Part shown: positions 1 through 10,524 of the stretch, one piece after another
Layout: each line of letters begins with the position of its first letter
Numbering within the stretch: position 1 is the first letter of the stretch
Source: Cyanobacteria bacterium J06638_20
Lineage (GTDB): Bacteria; Cyanobacteriota; Cyanobacteriia; Elainellales; Elainellaceae
Reading direction: 5' to 3'
NCBI GenBank assembly: GCA_039819245.1
Contig: JBCBSJ010000001.1
Span: 21,941 to 85,940 of the forward strand
DNA length: 64,000 bases
Notes under the pieces: model-generated
Seen by the model: the letters and a program-made list of their open reading frames with translations, nothing else
Told to the model about the DNA's origin: nothing
Databases searched by the model: none
Program-made: the position numbers and the translations under genes

Positions 1-37
1 TGATGAATCATGTGGCTCAAGATGGATTGCCCGTACC

Positions 38-234
38 TTGAGTACAGTTGAGGTGATTTTCTAACGCTTCCCGAAATTACCCTCTATCTATTTATATATA
101 GGGGTTTTTCCCTGAGTGCAGAATACCTGTACCTACTTCTAGAAATACCCGCACCGCATCGCTAAAATACTCGTCCCCGTGTCCCAAAGAAATCTGAAAA
201 CCCTATAAACTCGTCACCTAAAGGGTTGAGTACA
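38..234 (+). promoter_or_regulatory. Repeated TGAGT(A/G)CA motifs upstream of nifP; candidate nif-activator (CnfR-type) sites
   Basis: TTGAGTACA at 38-46 and 226-234, CTGAGTGCA at 112-120, in the non-coding region before nifP. Confidence 0.45.
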
Positions 235-400
235 TCGTTAATAAACCTAGTAAATCTGGATTCGTCGCGATCGCTCATCCGGTCAAAATTGCGATTGCTA
301 TAAGCAGGAAAACACAGCCCCCCTGCGAGCGATGTCCCTATCCCTGCCAAAATTTTCCATTCAGCGTCTGTGGCCCTTCTTAGACGGCTTACGTTCACAG

Positions 401-1066
401 ATGCCCCTAATTGACGATTTTGTCATTATCTTCGAGCGGGATCCGGCTGCTCGGGGCTGGCTCGAAGTGTTGTGCTGCTACCCAGGTCTGCATGCGATCG
501 CAGCTCACCGACTAGCGCACTGGCTCCACAATCGTAAGGTTCAGTTCTTTCCCCGCTTAATTTCTCACCTATCGCGTTTCTGTACCGGTATCGAGATTCA
601 TCCCGGCGCTCAACTCGGCAAAGGTGTGTTTATTGACCACGGCATGGGGGTTGTGATTGGGGAAACCGCGATTGTGGGGGACTACACCATCATTTATCAA
701 GGTGTCACGTTGGGGGGCACCGGCAAAGAAACCGGCAAGCGCCATCCCACCATTGGTAGCCGCGTTGTGGTGGGGACGGGGGCTAAGGTTCTCGGCAATA
801 TTGAGGTCGGTAGCTATGCCCGCATTGGTGCGGGCTCTGTTGTCTTAAGGGACGTGCCTGCTAACTGCACTGCGGTTGGCGTCCCCAACCGCAATGTTTG
901 CCGATGCAACGCCGCCACAAAACCCTTAGAACATGCGCAATTGCCTGATGCTGAAGCGTCACTCATCCGTCGCCTAATTGATCGCATCGAAGCTTTAGAA
1001 GCTGAAGTTAAAACCCTTTCACGTTCTGCCTCGCTATCCACCCTGGAGTTTTCATCCCATGAATGA
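401..1066 (+). CDS. nifP: Serine O-acetyltransferase (NifP/CysE)
   Basis: [42 protein letters not shown] motifs; next to nifV/nifT; ATG 401 preferred over 332. Confidence 0.9.
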   Translation: MPLIDDFVIIFERDPAARGWLEVLCCYPGLHAIAAHRLAHWLHNRKVQFFPRLISHLSRFCTGIEIHPGAQLGKGVFIDHGMGVVIGETAIVGDYTIIYQGVTLGGTGKETGKRHPTIGSRVVVGTGAKVLGNIEVGSYARIGAGSVVLRDVPANCTAVGVPNRNVCRCNAATKPLEHAQLPDAEASLIRRLIDRIEALEAEVKTLSRSASLSTLEFSSHE

Positions 1067-1328
1067 GTCCGAACTCACGATCTCAAAAGCAGCACAAGTT
1101 GTCTCGGTGCAACGGTGCGATCGCTGGTCGGTGCATAACCGCCTGCAAGAACTCAATATCCCCTGTGCTTGTCCTGCTGACGGCACGCTACGAGTCGAGG
1201 TCAATAATGCTACTGCCCTAGTTCTCGCCCGCAGCGCCATCCGCCAATTCCTCACTTCCCGTCAAGAAGATGTGGACTGGCTGGAGCGCTGCTGGGGCAC
1301 CCAAGTGCTTTGCCAAGCAGATCACTAA
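1059..1328 (+). CDS. Asr1405/Asl0597-like small nif-cluster protein
   Basis: [16 protein letters not shown] and WLERCW motifs; overlaps the nifP stop. Confidence 0.7.
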   Translation: MNESELTISKAAQVVSVQRCDRWSVHNRLQELNIPCACPADGTLRVEVNNATALVLARSAIRQFLTSRQEDVDWLERCWGTQVLCQADH

Positions 1329-1396
1329 GGTCTGCTCATCCTTTTTCCACAGCGCTCGATTGTTTTCTGTTTCTCATTCTCCATAGGAGTCAATAC

Positions 1397-1936
1397 ATGA
1401 CAACCCAAAATCTAGTTCGTGCATTCGGTGAAGTTGGTACCAACGCGGTTGGCCTTGAAACCAACGTGACAACCGTTGTTTGTGAAGGCTTCAATCTGGC
1501 CTATGCCAGCTTTCAAGCGCTCTATTTGCAATATCAAAAGCATCACTTCGTTGTTGAAGGTGCCGAGTTTTATTCCATCCATGAATTCTTTCAAGAAAGC
1601 TACGACGCGGTACAAGAGCATGCCCACGACATCGCCGAACGTTTGAATGGCTTGGGAGGAATTCCCGTGACGTCTTTCACGGCTATGGCCGACCTGTGTG
1701 CCTTCACCCCTGAGCCCGACGGTGCCTACAACTGTCGTCAAATGATCACCAGCGACCTCGAAGCAGAGCAAGCCATGATCGCTCTGCTACGCCGTCTAGC
1801 AACCCAAGCAGAAAGCATCGGCGATCGCGCCACTCGTTATCTTTACGAGCAAATTCTGCTGAAGACTGAGGAACGTGCTTTTCACCTAGAGCACTTCCTC
1901 ACCGCTGATAGCCTAACGCTGGGCTTCGTCCGTTAA
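1397..1936 (+). CDS. dps: Dps/ferritin-like protein
   Basis: [18 protein letters not shown] and [11 protein letters not shown] motifs; AGGAG before ATG 1397. Confidence 0.85.
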   Translation: MTTQNLVRAFGEVGTNAVGLETNVTTVVCEGFNLAYASFQALYLQYQKHHFVVEGAEFYSIHEFFQESYDAVQEHAHDIAERLNGLGGIPVTSFTAMADLCAFTPEPDGAYNCRQMITSDLEAEQAMIALLRRLATQAESIGDRATRYLYEQILLKTEERAFHLEHFLTADSLTLGFVR

Positions 1937-1970
1937 TCAGCGTTTGAGAGTTGAGGAGGCAGGAACCCAA

Positions 1971-2098
1971 GTTCGGAGTTCGGAGTTCGGAATTCGGAGT
2001 TCGGAATTCGGAATTTGGAATTTGGAACTCCGCCCCCTCGCTCCCCTACCCTCTAACCCATCCACTCTTTCACCCATCCATCCATCCACTCTTCCACC
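1971..2098 (+). repeat. Heptamer tandem repeat (TTCGGAG/TTCGGAA/TTTGGAA) followed by CCATCCAC-type octamers
   Basis: Directly visible tandem units. Confidence 0.85.
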
Positions 2099-2116
2099 CC
2101 CACAGGAATCCTTCTC

Positions 2117-2251
2117 ATGCTCGCGTCCATTACTGTTATTGGTTTCATCTTCACCTTGGCCTGGATACAGCAGATTTTTCTTAACCGCATGATGGCGGCC
2201 GATTTGGAATATCTGCGCAGTTTGCCCCGCCATACCCTGAAAGATCGCTAA
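2117..2251 (+). CDS. 44-aa putative single-pass membrane protein (below ORF-track cutoff)
   Basis: MLASITVIGFIFTLAWIQQIFLNRMMAADLEYLRSLPRHTLKDR*; AGGA upstream; co-oriented inside the nif arm. Confidence 0.55.
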   Translation: MLASITVIGFIFTLAWIQQIFLNRMMAADLEYLRSLPRHTLKDR

Positions 2252-2253
2252 CA

Positions 2254-2365
2254 CCTCACCTCTCCTTACTTAAGAACCTCACCTAGCCTCTCTTTAGTAA
2301 GGAGAGGAACTAGAAACCTCGATAAACCTCTCCTTACTGAGGAGAGGTGCCGCAGGCGGTGAGGT
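2254..2365. repeat. Palindromic dispersed repeat with CCTCTC...GAGAGG hairpins
   Basis: 2341-2365 is the exact reverse complement of 12747-12771. Confidence 0.7.
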
Positions 2366-2451
2366 CATCCCTTCCAAAGTCCACATCAACTTTCTTATCG
2401 CCCACTAGTCCGTCGCAGTATCAGTAACCCCTTATTCCTTCGGAGGCTGCT

Positions 2452-3582
2452 ATGACAATGCCACCCGCTATCTACATCAACGACACCACCCTACGTGATG
2501 GGGAACAGGCTGCTGGTGTAGCCTTTGGCCTCGAAGAGAAAGTTGCGATCGCCAAATTTCTCGATGCGATTGGTGTGCATGAACTTGAGGTGGGTATTCC
2601 CGCCATGGGTCAGGAAGAAGCCAAAGCCATTCGGGCGATCGCGGATCTGGATCTGAATGCTCAACTGCTGGGGTGGAACCGAGCCGTGGTTGCGGACATC
2701 CAAGCCTCGCTCCACTGTGGTCTCAAGCGGGTTCATATTTCTATCCCGGTTTCCGATGTTCAGATTCAAGTGAAATTTCAAGGTCGCTGGGCCAGAATGT
2801 TGGAGCAGCTACGAGATGCCATTTCCTTTGCCCGTGACCATGGTCTTGAAGTCAGCGTGGGCGGTGAAGATAGCTCGCGAGCCGATGAAACCTTTTTAAT
2901 TGACGCGGCTCAATTTGCCCAAGAATGGGGTGCATTCCGCTTCCGTTTCTGTGATACCGTCGGCATTCTCGACCCCTTCACCACGTTTGAGAAGGTGCAA
3001 AAGCTTGTGGCTTCGCTGGTAATCCCCGTCGAAATGCACACCCACAATGACATGGGTTTGGCCACTGCCAATGCCCTGGCCGGTGTCCGTGCCGGGGCTA
3101 TCGCCGTCAACACGACGGTGAACGGCCTTGGTGAACGGGCGGGCAATGCCGCGCTAGAAGAAGTGGTCATGACGCTCAAGCAGATTTATGGCTTGAAAGT
3201 CGGCATCCAAACCCAGCATTTTTTAGAGCTGTCCCGGTTCGTCGCTAAAGCCGTCAACTGCCCGGTGCCCCCCTGGAAAGCGATCGTAGGTCAAAACACC
3301 TTCGCCCATGAGTCCGGCATTCATGCCCACGGCATTCTCAAAAACCCCAGCACTTACGAACCCTTTGATCCCAAAGAAGTCGGCTGGGAACGTCGGTTGG
3401 TCGTCGGCAAACACTCCGGTCGCAGTCTCTTGAACCAAGTTCTCCAAGACTACGGTGTTCAACTGGATGCCGAAGATAGTCAATCCCTACTGAATGCCGT
3501 GCGCGATCGCTCCACCCAACTCAAACGCAACCTGACTCCCGACGAACTGCTCGCCCTCACCGCCGAAGGCGTAGCCGGATAG
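2452..3582 (+). CDS. nifV: Homocitrate synthase
   Basis: [45 protein letters not shown] motifs in a nif context. Confidence 0.93.
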   Translation: MTMPPAIYINDTTLRDGEQAAGVAFGLEEKVAIAKFLDAIGVHELEVGIPAMGQEEAKAIRAIADLDLNAQLLGWNRAVVADIQASLHCGLKRVHISIPVSDVQIQVKFQGRWARMLEQLRDAISFARDHGLEVSVGGEDSSRADETFLIDAAQFAQEWGAFRFRFCDTVGILDPFTTFEKVQKLVASLVIPVEMHTHNDMGLATANALAGVRAGAIAVNTTVNGLGERAGNAALEEVVMTLKQIYGLKVGIQTQHFLELSRFVAKAVNCPVPPWKAIVGQNTFAHESGIHAHGILKNPSTYEPFDPKEVGWERRLVVGKHSGRSLLNQVLQDYGVQLDAEDSQSLLNAVRDRSTQLKRNLTPDELLALTAEGVAG

Positions 3583-3710
3583 ATGAGTGATTGGGTAATG
3601 GGGTAATGAAGTTCTGGTTTTAAGAGAAAATCTTCAATTCAAAACTTCTCCCCCACTCCCCCACTCCCCCGCTCCCTCCATTCATCCACTTCCTCACCCC
3701 GAGAAAAACC

Positions 3711-3913
3711 ATGAAAATCATGCTCCACAATGGCGAAGACGGCACTCTGATGGTCTACGTCCCTAAAAAAGATCTTGAAGAGCACGTGGTCAGTCAGAGC
3801 CGCGACGGCGATACCACACTCGTCACCCTTGAAAACGGCTGGGAACTCTCCATCGACGGCCTTACCGAGCCCTTACAGCTACCCAAGACGGTTAATGCGA
3901 AGCGCTTGAATAG

Positions 3914-3920
<7 letters not shown>
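3711..3920 (+). CDS. nifT: NifT/FixU
   Basis: MKIML...YVPKKDLEE...LENGW...LPKTVNAKR. Confidence 0.92.
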
Positions 3921-4097
<177 letters not shown>

Positions 4098-4120
4098 TTG
4101 CATTCCCTTCAGGAGCCCCC

Positions 4121-4726
4121 ATGTTGAACGTCAAACAGCTTCCCCCCCGCCTGTTCAATCTGGAAGGTACATTTCTAGGTTTTCTTGGCGGCGAACCCAA
4201 GAAACCTAAATCCATTGTCCTGGAGGTGGATCAAGAGCATATTTCCATCCAGCTCCCTAAAGAGCTACGCGCCCACGCCAAATCTTCCTTAAAAGTGGGC
4301 GATCGCTTGTGTTGCTTGGGCAAAAGTCAAGTCGATTTCAAAGCTGGCATTATCAAGCTGAAGGCATACCAAGTATTCTTCTTGGCACCGACTGAGGCGA
4401 CTGTGCCGACTTCGGCGTCAACGAGTTGGCCACTGCCCACCAGTCAATCCCCTTGCACCTCATCGCAGCCAAAACGCTCCAAAATCTTGGTGTGCCGTAA
4501 ATCGGGTTGCCAAAAACGAGGGGGACACAAAATGGTCGCAGCCCTCGAAAAAGTTCTGCAAGATTATCAGCTGCAAGACCAGGTGGAAATTAGCTATACC
4601 GGCTGCCAAAAGCGCTGTTCCAAAGCGCCTACCCTGACCGTTATGCCCGGTAAACACCACTACGAATCCATCAACCCCCGCGATCTTGCTGCCGTCGTCG
4701 AAGAACATTTCTGTTCGCACGCTTAG
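4121..4726 (+). CDS. Thioredoxin-like (2Fe-2S) ferredoxin-domain protein
   Basis: C-terminal VCRKSGC...TGCQKRCSKAP cysteine pattern. Confidence 0.75.
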   Translation: MLNVKQLPPRLFNLEGTFLGFLGGEPKKPKSIVLEVDQEHISIQLPKELRAHAKSSLKVGDRLCCLGKSQVDFKAGIIKLKAYQVFFLAPTEATVPTSASTSWPLPTSQSPCTSSQPKRSKILVCRKSGCQKRGGHKMVAALEKVLQDYQLQDQVEISYTGCQKRCSKAPTLTVMPGKHHYESINPRDLAAVVEEHFCSHA

Positions 4727-4747
4727 CCCCTAGCCCCTGACTTCGCC

Positions 4748-5305
4748 ATGTTGTCTTCTGAAAATGAACCCGTCCCTAGCTCGGTTCCCCCTGCCTCACA
4801 CAGCAACACCCATGAGGCAGGTGGGCCGTTTTTTTATTATTTTGCCTACGGTTCTTGCATGTGCCCGGTAGATTTGAAGCGATCGCTAGGTGAGAACACA
4901 CATTCCTACGTTGTTGGGCCAGCAACGCTTAAGGGTTATCGTCTGGGCTTCCACTATTACTCGCCTAAGCGTCAGTGTGGCGCACTGGATATTTTGCCTG
5001 ATGCCAAGCGTGAGGTTCACGGCGTCCTCTATCGCTTGCCACAGCGTCTTAGCGATCGCCTTGATCAGCGCGAAGGGGTTCACCGGGGCGACTACCGTCA
5101 CGAATCAATTGCGATAGAGCGAGCGGGACAACATTATGTCGGCGTGCGCACCTACAGCGTGGTTAAAAAAACGCCGCTCGAAATTCCCCCCAATGACTGG
5201 TATTTCACGGTGGTGTTACGAGGAGCCGTGACCTGTAAACTGCCAGAGCAGTACTGCTGGCAGCTATTTGAGCATATGCGCAGCCTGCAATTGGCCTGTG
5301 CTTAA
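4748..5305 (+). CDS. Gamma-glutamylcyclotransferase family protein
   Basis: YYFAYGSCM, VHGVLY, LDQREG motifs. Confidence 0.8.
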   Translation: MLSSENEPVPSSVPPASHSNTHEAGGPFFYYFAYGSCMCPVDLKRSLGENTHSYVVGPATLKGYRLGFHYYSPKRQCGALDILPDAKREVHGVLYRLPQRLSDRLDQREGVHRGDYRHESIAIERAGQHYVGVRTYSVVKKTPLEIPPNDWYFTVVLRGAVTCKLPEQYCWQLFEHMRSLQLACA

Positions 5306-5330
5306 TCCCCTCACTGGAGGGTGAACCCAA

Positions 5331-5501
5331 ATGAAAGTTAAATTACGGCCTCTCCTGCTAGAGGTCTTTTGCTGGCTGGCGGCAGAGTTGATCCTCGGTT
5401 TTCTCGGGTTTGATGACCTGGCAGACTATGGCGAATATTTACAAGATCGCAACGCGATCGCCGCACACCTAGTCCTCAAGCTCTGTCAGCCCGTAGCTTA
5501 A
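5331..5501 (+). CDS. 56-aa small hypothetical membrane protein
   Basis: GGAGG RBS; MKVKLRPLLLEVFCWLAAELILGFLGFDDLADYGEYLQDRNAIAAHLVLKLCQPVA*. Confidence 0.7.
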   Translation: MKVKLRPLLLEVFCWLAAELILGFLGFDDLADYGEYLQDRNAIAAHLVLKLCQPVA

Positions 5502-6110
5502 AAGAGTTGCCCTCTCAAGCTGGCAGAACCTGAGCTTGGGATTGGCTCAGGGGTTCGCCCTGACCCTGTAGCCTTAAGCCCGTGTGTACTGATAAACCCA
5601 TGCAACATGGACAACGATTGAACCGTTAACGATGTCGGCGAATGCCAGCCGTGCTCAAGCATACGAGCGGTAGAAGCAGAAAACCTCGTCACGTTTAACC
5701 GATACGGCGAGCCCCACAGCAAACAACGGTTTGAGTGTGATCCCGTTACTCATCCAGCCAAGCATGACTGACGGTATCAGTAAAATAGGGAAACACTTTG
5801 CCGCGATCGCATGACTGGTAGACCCGCATTTCCAGGAATGAACCCATACCTTGAGCATTCAGTCTATCGACTACACTCAACAACCAACTCCACCGTTGAG
5901 TGACGCAACGGCTACGTGGTTACAAACAATCGTGCCCTCTCAATAGGAATGCCTGCTGTTGCTGACCGAAGCCACTCTCGGGACAGAGCAGGATTGATCT
6001 AGTCGTTCAGGTGAGCGCCAACGCCTGCTGTTCATTGGGTGAGCCAAACGTAGCAGAAAGTTTTTGGGAACTTTATGAGGGATCAACGTTGACTCCCGCG
6101 AATTAGACTC

Positions 6111-6929
6111 GTGAAGATTATTCGTCAAACTGCGACTGAGCTGGTTTTAAGCGATAGGCACTTACCCCTTTTTACGATGCTTTGGGCATTCGTCTTTATG
6201 GGGATTCCTTTAGTGATTGGCTACAGTCTTCTCCGAAATGTTGCCAAGGTAGAGCTTACCTGCGATCGCATCGAGCCCACATTAGTCGATTGTACGTCTA
6301 CCAAAACTCCCTTATTATCAATTTTTCCAACGACAACTCAAGCATATGATGCCGTTACGGCGGCAGACTATCGCGTTGAAGAGACGACCGATAGTGAGGG
6401 TGAACGCCATAGCGATCATTACGTAGTCCTAAAAACCAAGGATGGCGATATACCGACCTTTCAAAGTTACGTATCGGTCAATGGAGTGAGGGGAAATGCC
6501 GCGCAGGCACAGGCAACTGCTAACCACCTCAACCAGTTTCTCCAATCTCAACAGCAATCAATTTCGTTGCAACAGGATGTGGAAATCGCCAACTTTTTTG
6601 CTCTAGGATTTGTGAGTATTTTTCTTGTTGTGGGTGCTGCTGTACTGCATTCTCAAGTCAGAATTGTCACGCTAAAGCTAAATAAGGATACAAATAAAAT
6701 CAGCAGATACAGATTTTCTCTCTTAGGATTTTGGGTGGATTCTGATGATCTCAGGCAGCTTCAGACTGTTGAGGTAGAAAGACGTAAAGATAACGAAGGT
6801 GACGGCAATTTTGCGCCAGTAATATTCATGCAGTCTGGCAAAAAATATATACTTGGACGTACGGTCTATCAAGAAAGTGATGCGCTGAGAACTGTCAATC
6901 AGATACGCGATTTTCTAAACTTAAGATAG
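6111..6929 (+). CDS. Hypothetical protein with two TM segments
   Basis: 272-aa ORF with two hydrophobic stretches; visibly AT-richer than its neighbours. Confidence 0.7.
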   Translation: MKIIRQTATELVLSDRHLPLFTMLWAFVFMGIPLVIGYSLLRNVAKVELTCDRIEPTLVDCTSTKTPLLSIFPTTTQAYDAVTAADYRVEETTDSEGERHSDHYVVLKTKDGDIPTFQSYVSVNGVRGNAAQAQATANHLNQFLQSQQQSISLQQDVEIANFFALGFVSIFLVVGAAVLHSQVRIVTLKLNKDTNKISRYRFSLLGFWVDSDDLRQLQTVEVERRKDNEGDGNFAPVIFMQSGKKYILGRTVYQESDALRTVNQIRDFLNLR

Positions 6930-7043
6930 CTACCTATTAAGGCTAAGCAACCGTAGCTTACAACACGAGTCTACTATCTAGATCCTGGCTGTAGTTTAGA
7001 ATTAATCTAACCAATAAACTATGAAATGTACAAACTACTAAGT

Positions 7044-7193
7044 GGGAACATGTCAGGTTTGCAAATTCCTGAATAGCCCTCATCCCCCAACTCCTTCTCC
7101 CAATATTGGGAGAAGGGGAGCAAGCATTTTGAAGTCCCTCTCCCAAGCTTGGGAAAGGGATTTAGGGTGAGGGTTCGAAAGTGACAGGCTCCC
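7044..7193. mobile_element. 150-bp MITE, copy 1
   Basis: Ends GGGAACATGTCA...TGACAGGCTCCC; flanks CTACTAAGT/CTACTGAGT; near-identical to 37500-37649. Confidence 0.85.
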
Positions 7194-7648
7194 CTACTGA
7201 GTTAGGTCTTTAAAGGTCGTAAATGCTTGACACAGTCGTCTCAGAACGCAAATTTCTTATATTCAAATATGTTCAAAGATGAGCAATCTTCTTGCACAGT
7301 CGGCAACGCAATATTTAGAAACTATAATTTTGCCAATTGTTATTCGCACAGCACAATTATCTTCAGACATAGGCGTTGAGGAGTTTCTTGAGTTTAATTT
7401 ATCGCCATATACTGCGATAAATCTGACCTCTTACAGTGAGCTGAACGCATCATATGGATGTGAAGACCTTTATATTCTTGGCGTGTCTATTGTTCCCACC
7501 GACTTCGCCCAGTCACACAGATTGCTTGTGCCGTGAGGCTTAAAGTGTCTAGGATGACCTCCATCCATCACTGGAGGAGGGTCTGGGTTCTTTGCCCCTT
7601 TCGTCTTCTTGGGTGGGCTACCCCTTAAATTGTAGGCATGCCAATCCC

Positions 7649-8173
7649 TTAGTCCGGATACCAGAACATCCCTTTGATACCCTCAGGATCTGGCATGAAT
7701 CCTAAGTTGCGATAAAAATCCACAACTTGAGGATCCGCAAACAGGGTGACATTGCTAATGTCTTCACTCCGCAACTTTTTAATCAGTTGCTTCATCAGTG
7801 CCTTGCCAAGTCCTTTGCCTTGATAGTCAGGATGGACGACAACATCCCAAATGGTGGCATTAAAGGCATGGTCTGAGGTCGCGCGCGAAAAGCCGATGAG
7901 TCGGCGACGCACCCCTTTCACTTCCCACATAGATACAACTAAAAAGCTATGTTGGATAGCCTTGCGGACTTTGCGAATGGGTCGCTTGGCCCAGCCCACT
8001 GCATCGCAGAGTTCCTCTAGCACGTAGAGGTCGATGTCTCGCTCAGTACTAAAGAGGATCCGGGCCTCTTGGTCTTGACTGGGAGCCTCGGCCAGATAGC
8101 TTGCTGATTTATCCTTATCCTGCGGGGGCAAGTCGGTCTCAGCGCCTGTGAATAGATTTTTCCAGAAACCCAT
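7649..8173 (-). CDS. GNAT N-acetyltransferase (Ycf52-like)
   Basis: [34 protein letters not shown]. Confidence 0.88.
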   Translation of the reverse strand: MGFWKNLFTGAETDLPPQDKDKSASYLAEAPSQDQEARILFSTERDIDLYVLEELCDAVGWAKRPIRKVRKAIQHSFLVVSMWEVKGVRRRLIGFSRATSDHAFNATIWDVVVHPDYQGKGLGKALMKQLIKKLRSEDISNVTLFADPQVVDFYRNLGFMPDPEGIKGMFWYPD

Positions 8174-8447
8174 ACAGGTTTGGATGATATACGTAAAGTA
8201 ACAGTGACAGTCTATTAGACTAATATATCTGCTCAGCTGTGTCTTCCATAAAAACAATCGCGTGAAAATTGTTAGTGTTGGCTGCAATCTCCCAAACTAT
8301 TGAGGGGCAACCTAATTGTGGCGCGTTCGCAAGGGGCGCGTTCGCAAGTTAGGTCTGGCACTGTGACGCAGGGATGCAGGTTTCCTTGCTCCTGCGATCG
8401 CTATCTTGGAGCACTCCCTGTAATGATGTCACTCTCTCCCTTTAATT

Positions 8448-9170
8448 ATGGCCGCCGGGTTAAAACCATCTACCGTAGAACTGCTGAAGCGCTTCAATCG
8501 CGCCTTCCCTCAGTTTTACGAGCAATTTGTTAGTAGTGAAATCCAACTGCAAAATTTGCGGTTGGCCTATCAACTCTACAAATCGCGAAAGGCAGTCATT
8601 GAGCTCAAGCCAGAGGGCAATCGCAGCGCCCTGCATTTTGCTTACCGCAATCAGTCTTTCCTGCTGAGCGATATTTTTGGTGTCCTGGCGGCCTATGGTC
8701 TGACCATCCACAATCTGAGCCTTTATGGCCAGATTTATCCCCCTATGCTGGTTTTTATCAAGCTGGTTGTTTCGCGCGGGGGCAAGGCGTTACCTACTAA
8801 AACGGCTGAAAACGTCTGTCGGGCTGTCCAAGAAGCGTTGGCAGGCCACTTTGAAGTAGAAGAGATGCTCACAGTGGAATTTAACCTGGATGCAGGTTTA
8901 GAACATGTTGAAACCGAGTTCTATGTCGATCCAGTGTTTCATTTACCTGCGCTCCTCATTGAAGCGGACAATCAGCCCGGTTTGTTCTATAAGGTGATGT
9001 ATGCCATTTGGCAGGAAGACTTGCTAGTCGTCAATGCCAATCTATTAGTCTGGCGTGGACGAACGCGACTCATTTTGTATCTACTTGGCCCGAACGAGAG
9101 TTTGATCCCCGAATATCTAGGACAAAAAATTGCTGAGGGCATGCGCTATCGGCTCTTACACAAAAACTAA
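8448..9170 (+). CDS. Conserved hypothetical protein with tandem ACT-like domains
   Basis: RNQSFLLSDIFGVL and ADNQPGLFYKV resemble ACT signature loops. Confidence 0.65.
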   Translation: MAAGLKPSTVELLKRFNRAFPQFYEQFVSSEIQLQNLRLAYQLYKSRKAVIELKPEGNRSALHFAYRNQSFLLSDIFGVLAAYGLTIHNLSLYGQIYPPMLVFIKLVVSRGGKALPTKTAENVCRAVQEALAGHFEVEEMLTVEFNLDAGLEHVETEFYVDPVFHLPALLIEADNQPGLFYKVMYAIWQEDLLVVNANLLVWRGRTRLILYLLGPNESLIPEYLGQKIAEGMRYRLLHKN

Positions 9171-9332
9171 GGCGACGAAGCAGAGAGGTTGCTCCCCACC
9201 TTCTCTCGCCCCCTTGCTTTCCTGCTAGTTCGACGACGGCGCTCAGCACTGTAACCCATGCTGACTCCTTGCTCCCACCCCATTGGATAGTCCTCTGAGA
9301 GCAGAGTATCGCTACCAAGATATGATGGAAAT

Positions 9333-10229
9333 ATGCCTTACACAGACATTTTCCAAGTTCCGCATTTTTATACTCTGACGGAGAAGCCTGCGGGTTCGCG
9401 TGCAGCCATTGTTTTTGTCCATGGATGGCTGCTCAGTCAGCAGTACTGGCAACCCGTTATTGATTCCCTCAAAGGGGATTTTCAATGCCTGAGCTATGAC
9501 CTCAGAGGGTTTGGTCGTTCTAACCAGGCTTTAGAGCAGCGATCGCTGGCGCACCCTTCAGCAGCGGCAGCATTTTCGGCCTACAGTTTGGGAGCTTATG
9601 CTCAAGATTTAGGACAGCTCATTGAGCATTTAGAGTTAGAAACGGTGTGGTTAGTCGGTCACTCTCTGGGGGGGAGTATTGCGCTGTGGGCTGCCAAACT
9701 ATTTCCCGAGCGGGTGCAGGGCGTCATTTGTGTGAATGCAGGCGGGGGCGTCTACTTGCCGCAGGAATTTGCTCAGTTCCGCCGTGCGGGTCAACAAATT
9801 GTCCGGTGGCGTCCGCGTTGGCTCACGACTCTACCCTTTCTTAAGTACGCCTTTGCGCGTCTGATGGTGGCCCATCCCCTGGCGGCTAACTGGGGCGAAA
9901 AACGGCTAGTTGACCTGCTAGCTGCCCACGAGGCTGCCGCCACGGGTTCTCTTTTAGAATCGACGACGGAGGCTGAAGTCCATCGTCTGCCGCAGGTAGT
10001 GGCCAGTCTCAAACAGCCTGTCTACTTCACAGCCGGGGCTCAGGATACGGTAATGGCAGAAAAGTACGTGAGGCACCTGGCCAGTTTTCATCCTCTGTTT
10101 GAGGAACCCCAGGGAAATGTGACCGTTTTACCCGAGTGTGGGCATATGGCGATGGTGGAACAGCCAGTAGCACTCGCCCAGGCAATTCAAGCGGTACTGC
10201 GCTCGCGCGCAACGCATCTAGCCGCTTAG
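9333..10229 (+). CDS. Alpha/beta hydrolase
   Basis: HGWLLS, DLRGFG, GHSLGG, CGHMAM. Confidence 0.88.
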   Translation: MPYTDIFQVPHFYTLTEKPAGSRAAIVFVHGWLLSQQYWQPVIDSLKGDFQCLSYDLRGFGRSNQALEQRSLAHPSAAAAFSAYSLGAYAQDLGQLIEHLELETVWLVGHSLGGSIALWAAKLFPERVQGVICVNAGGGVYLPQEFAQFRRAGQQIVRWRPRWLTTLPFLKYAFARLMVAHPLAANWGEKRLVDLLAAHEAAATGSLLESTTEAEVHRLPQVVASLKQPVYFTAGAQDTVMAEKYVRHLASFHPLFEEPQGNVTVLPECGHMAMVEQPVALAQAIQAVLRSRATHLAA

Positions 10230-10353
10230 CAGCCACCTGTCAGTTAAAGGGTGCGATCGCCACCGGATCCTCGCTTTTACCGCTGTCTCTTTTCAGCAAA
10301 ACCTATTGACACAGGTAGGACGCGAACTGCTAAGCTATTCAAGCATGATACGT

Positions 10354-10425
10354 TGGGGTGTCGCCAAGCGGTAAGGCAGCGGGTTTTGGTCCCGCCATTC
10401 CCAGGTTCGAATCCTGGCACCCCAG
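10354..10425 (+). tRNA. tRNA-Gln(TTG)
   Basis: TGGGGTG/CACCCCA acceptor stem, anticodon arm GCGGG-TTTTGGT-CCCGC, GGTTCGAATCC T-arm; TTGACA at 10306 upstream. Confidence 0.96.
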
Positions 10426-10524
10426 TTCTTCCACTCTCAGTGCGCTTCTTACTGTCAGACCGACAGTCGAGGTAAACACTTCTGGAAGCCTGTTAGCTGC
10501 GGCCCAGCATCCAGCAACTCAGAT

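Noticed and set aside
1937..2254. Track ORFs containing SEFGIR/IPNSE (also 3892-4215)
   Set aside because: Translations of heptamer tandem repeats
5498..5858. Overlapping minus-strand ORFs as a possible pseudogene (also 7279-7536)
   Set aside because: No recognisable motifs; cannot be supported without a search
5491..6960. CCGTAGCTTA direct repeat at 5491-5500 and 6951-6960 flanking an AT-richer segment
   Set aside because: Only 10 bp, with no integrase or terminal repeats; could be chance
6958..7146. Near-identical 62-aa ORFs here and at 37547-37735
   Set aside because: They are read through the MITE sequence and are not genes
10354..10425. tRNA-Gln as an island integration site
   Set aside because: No duplicated tRNA 3' end or integrase was noticed in the window
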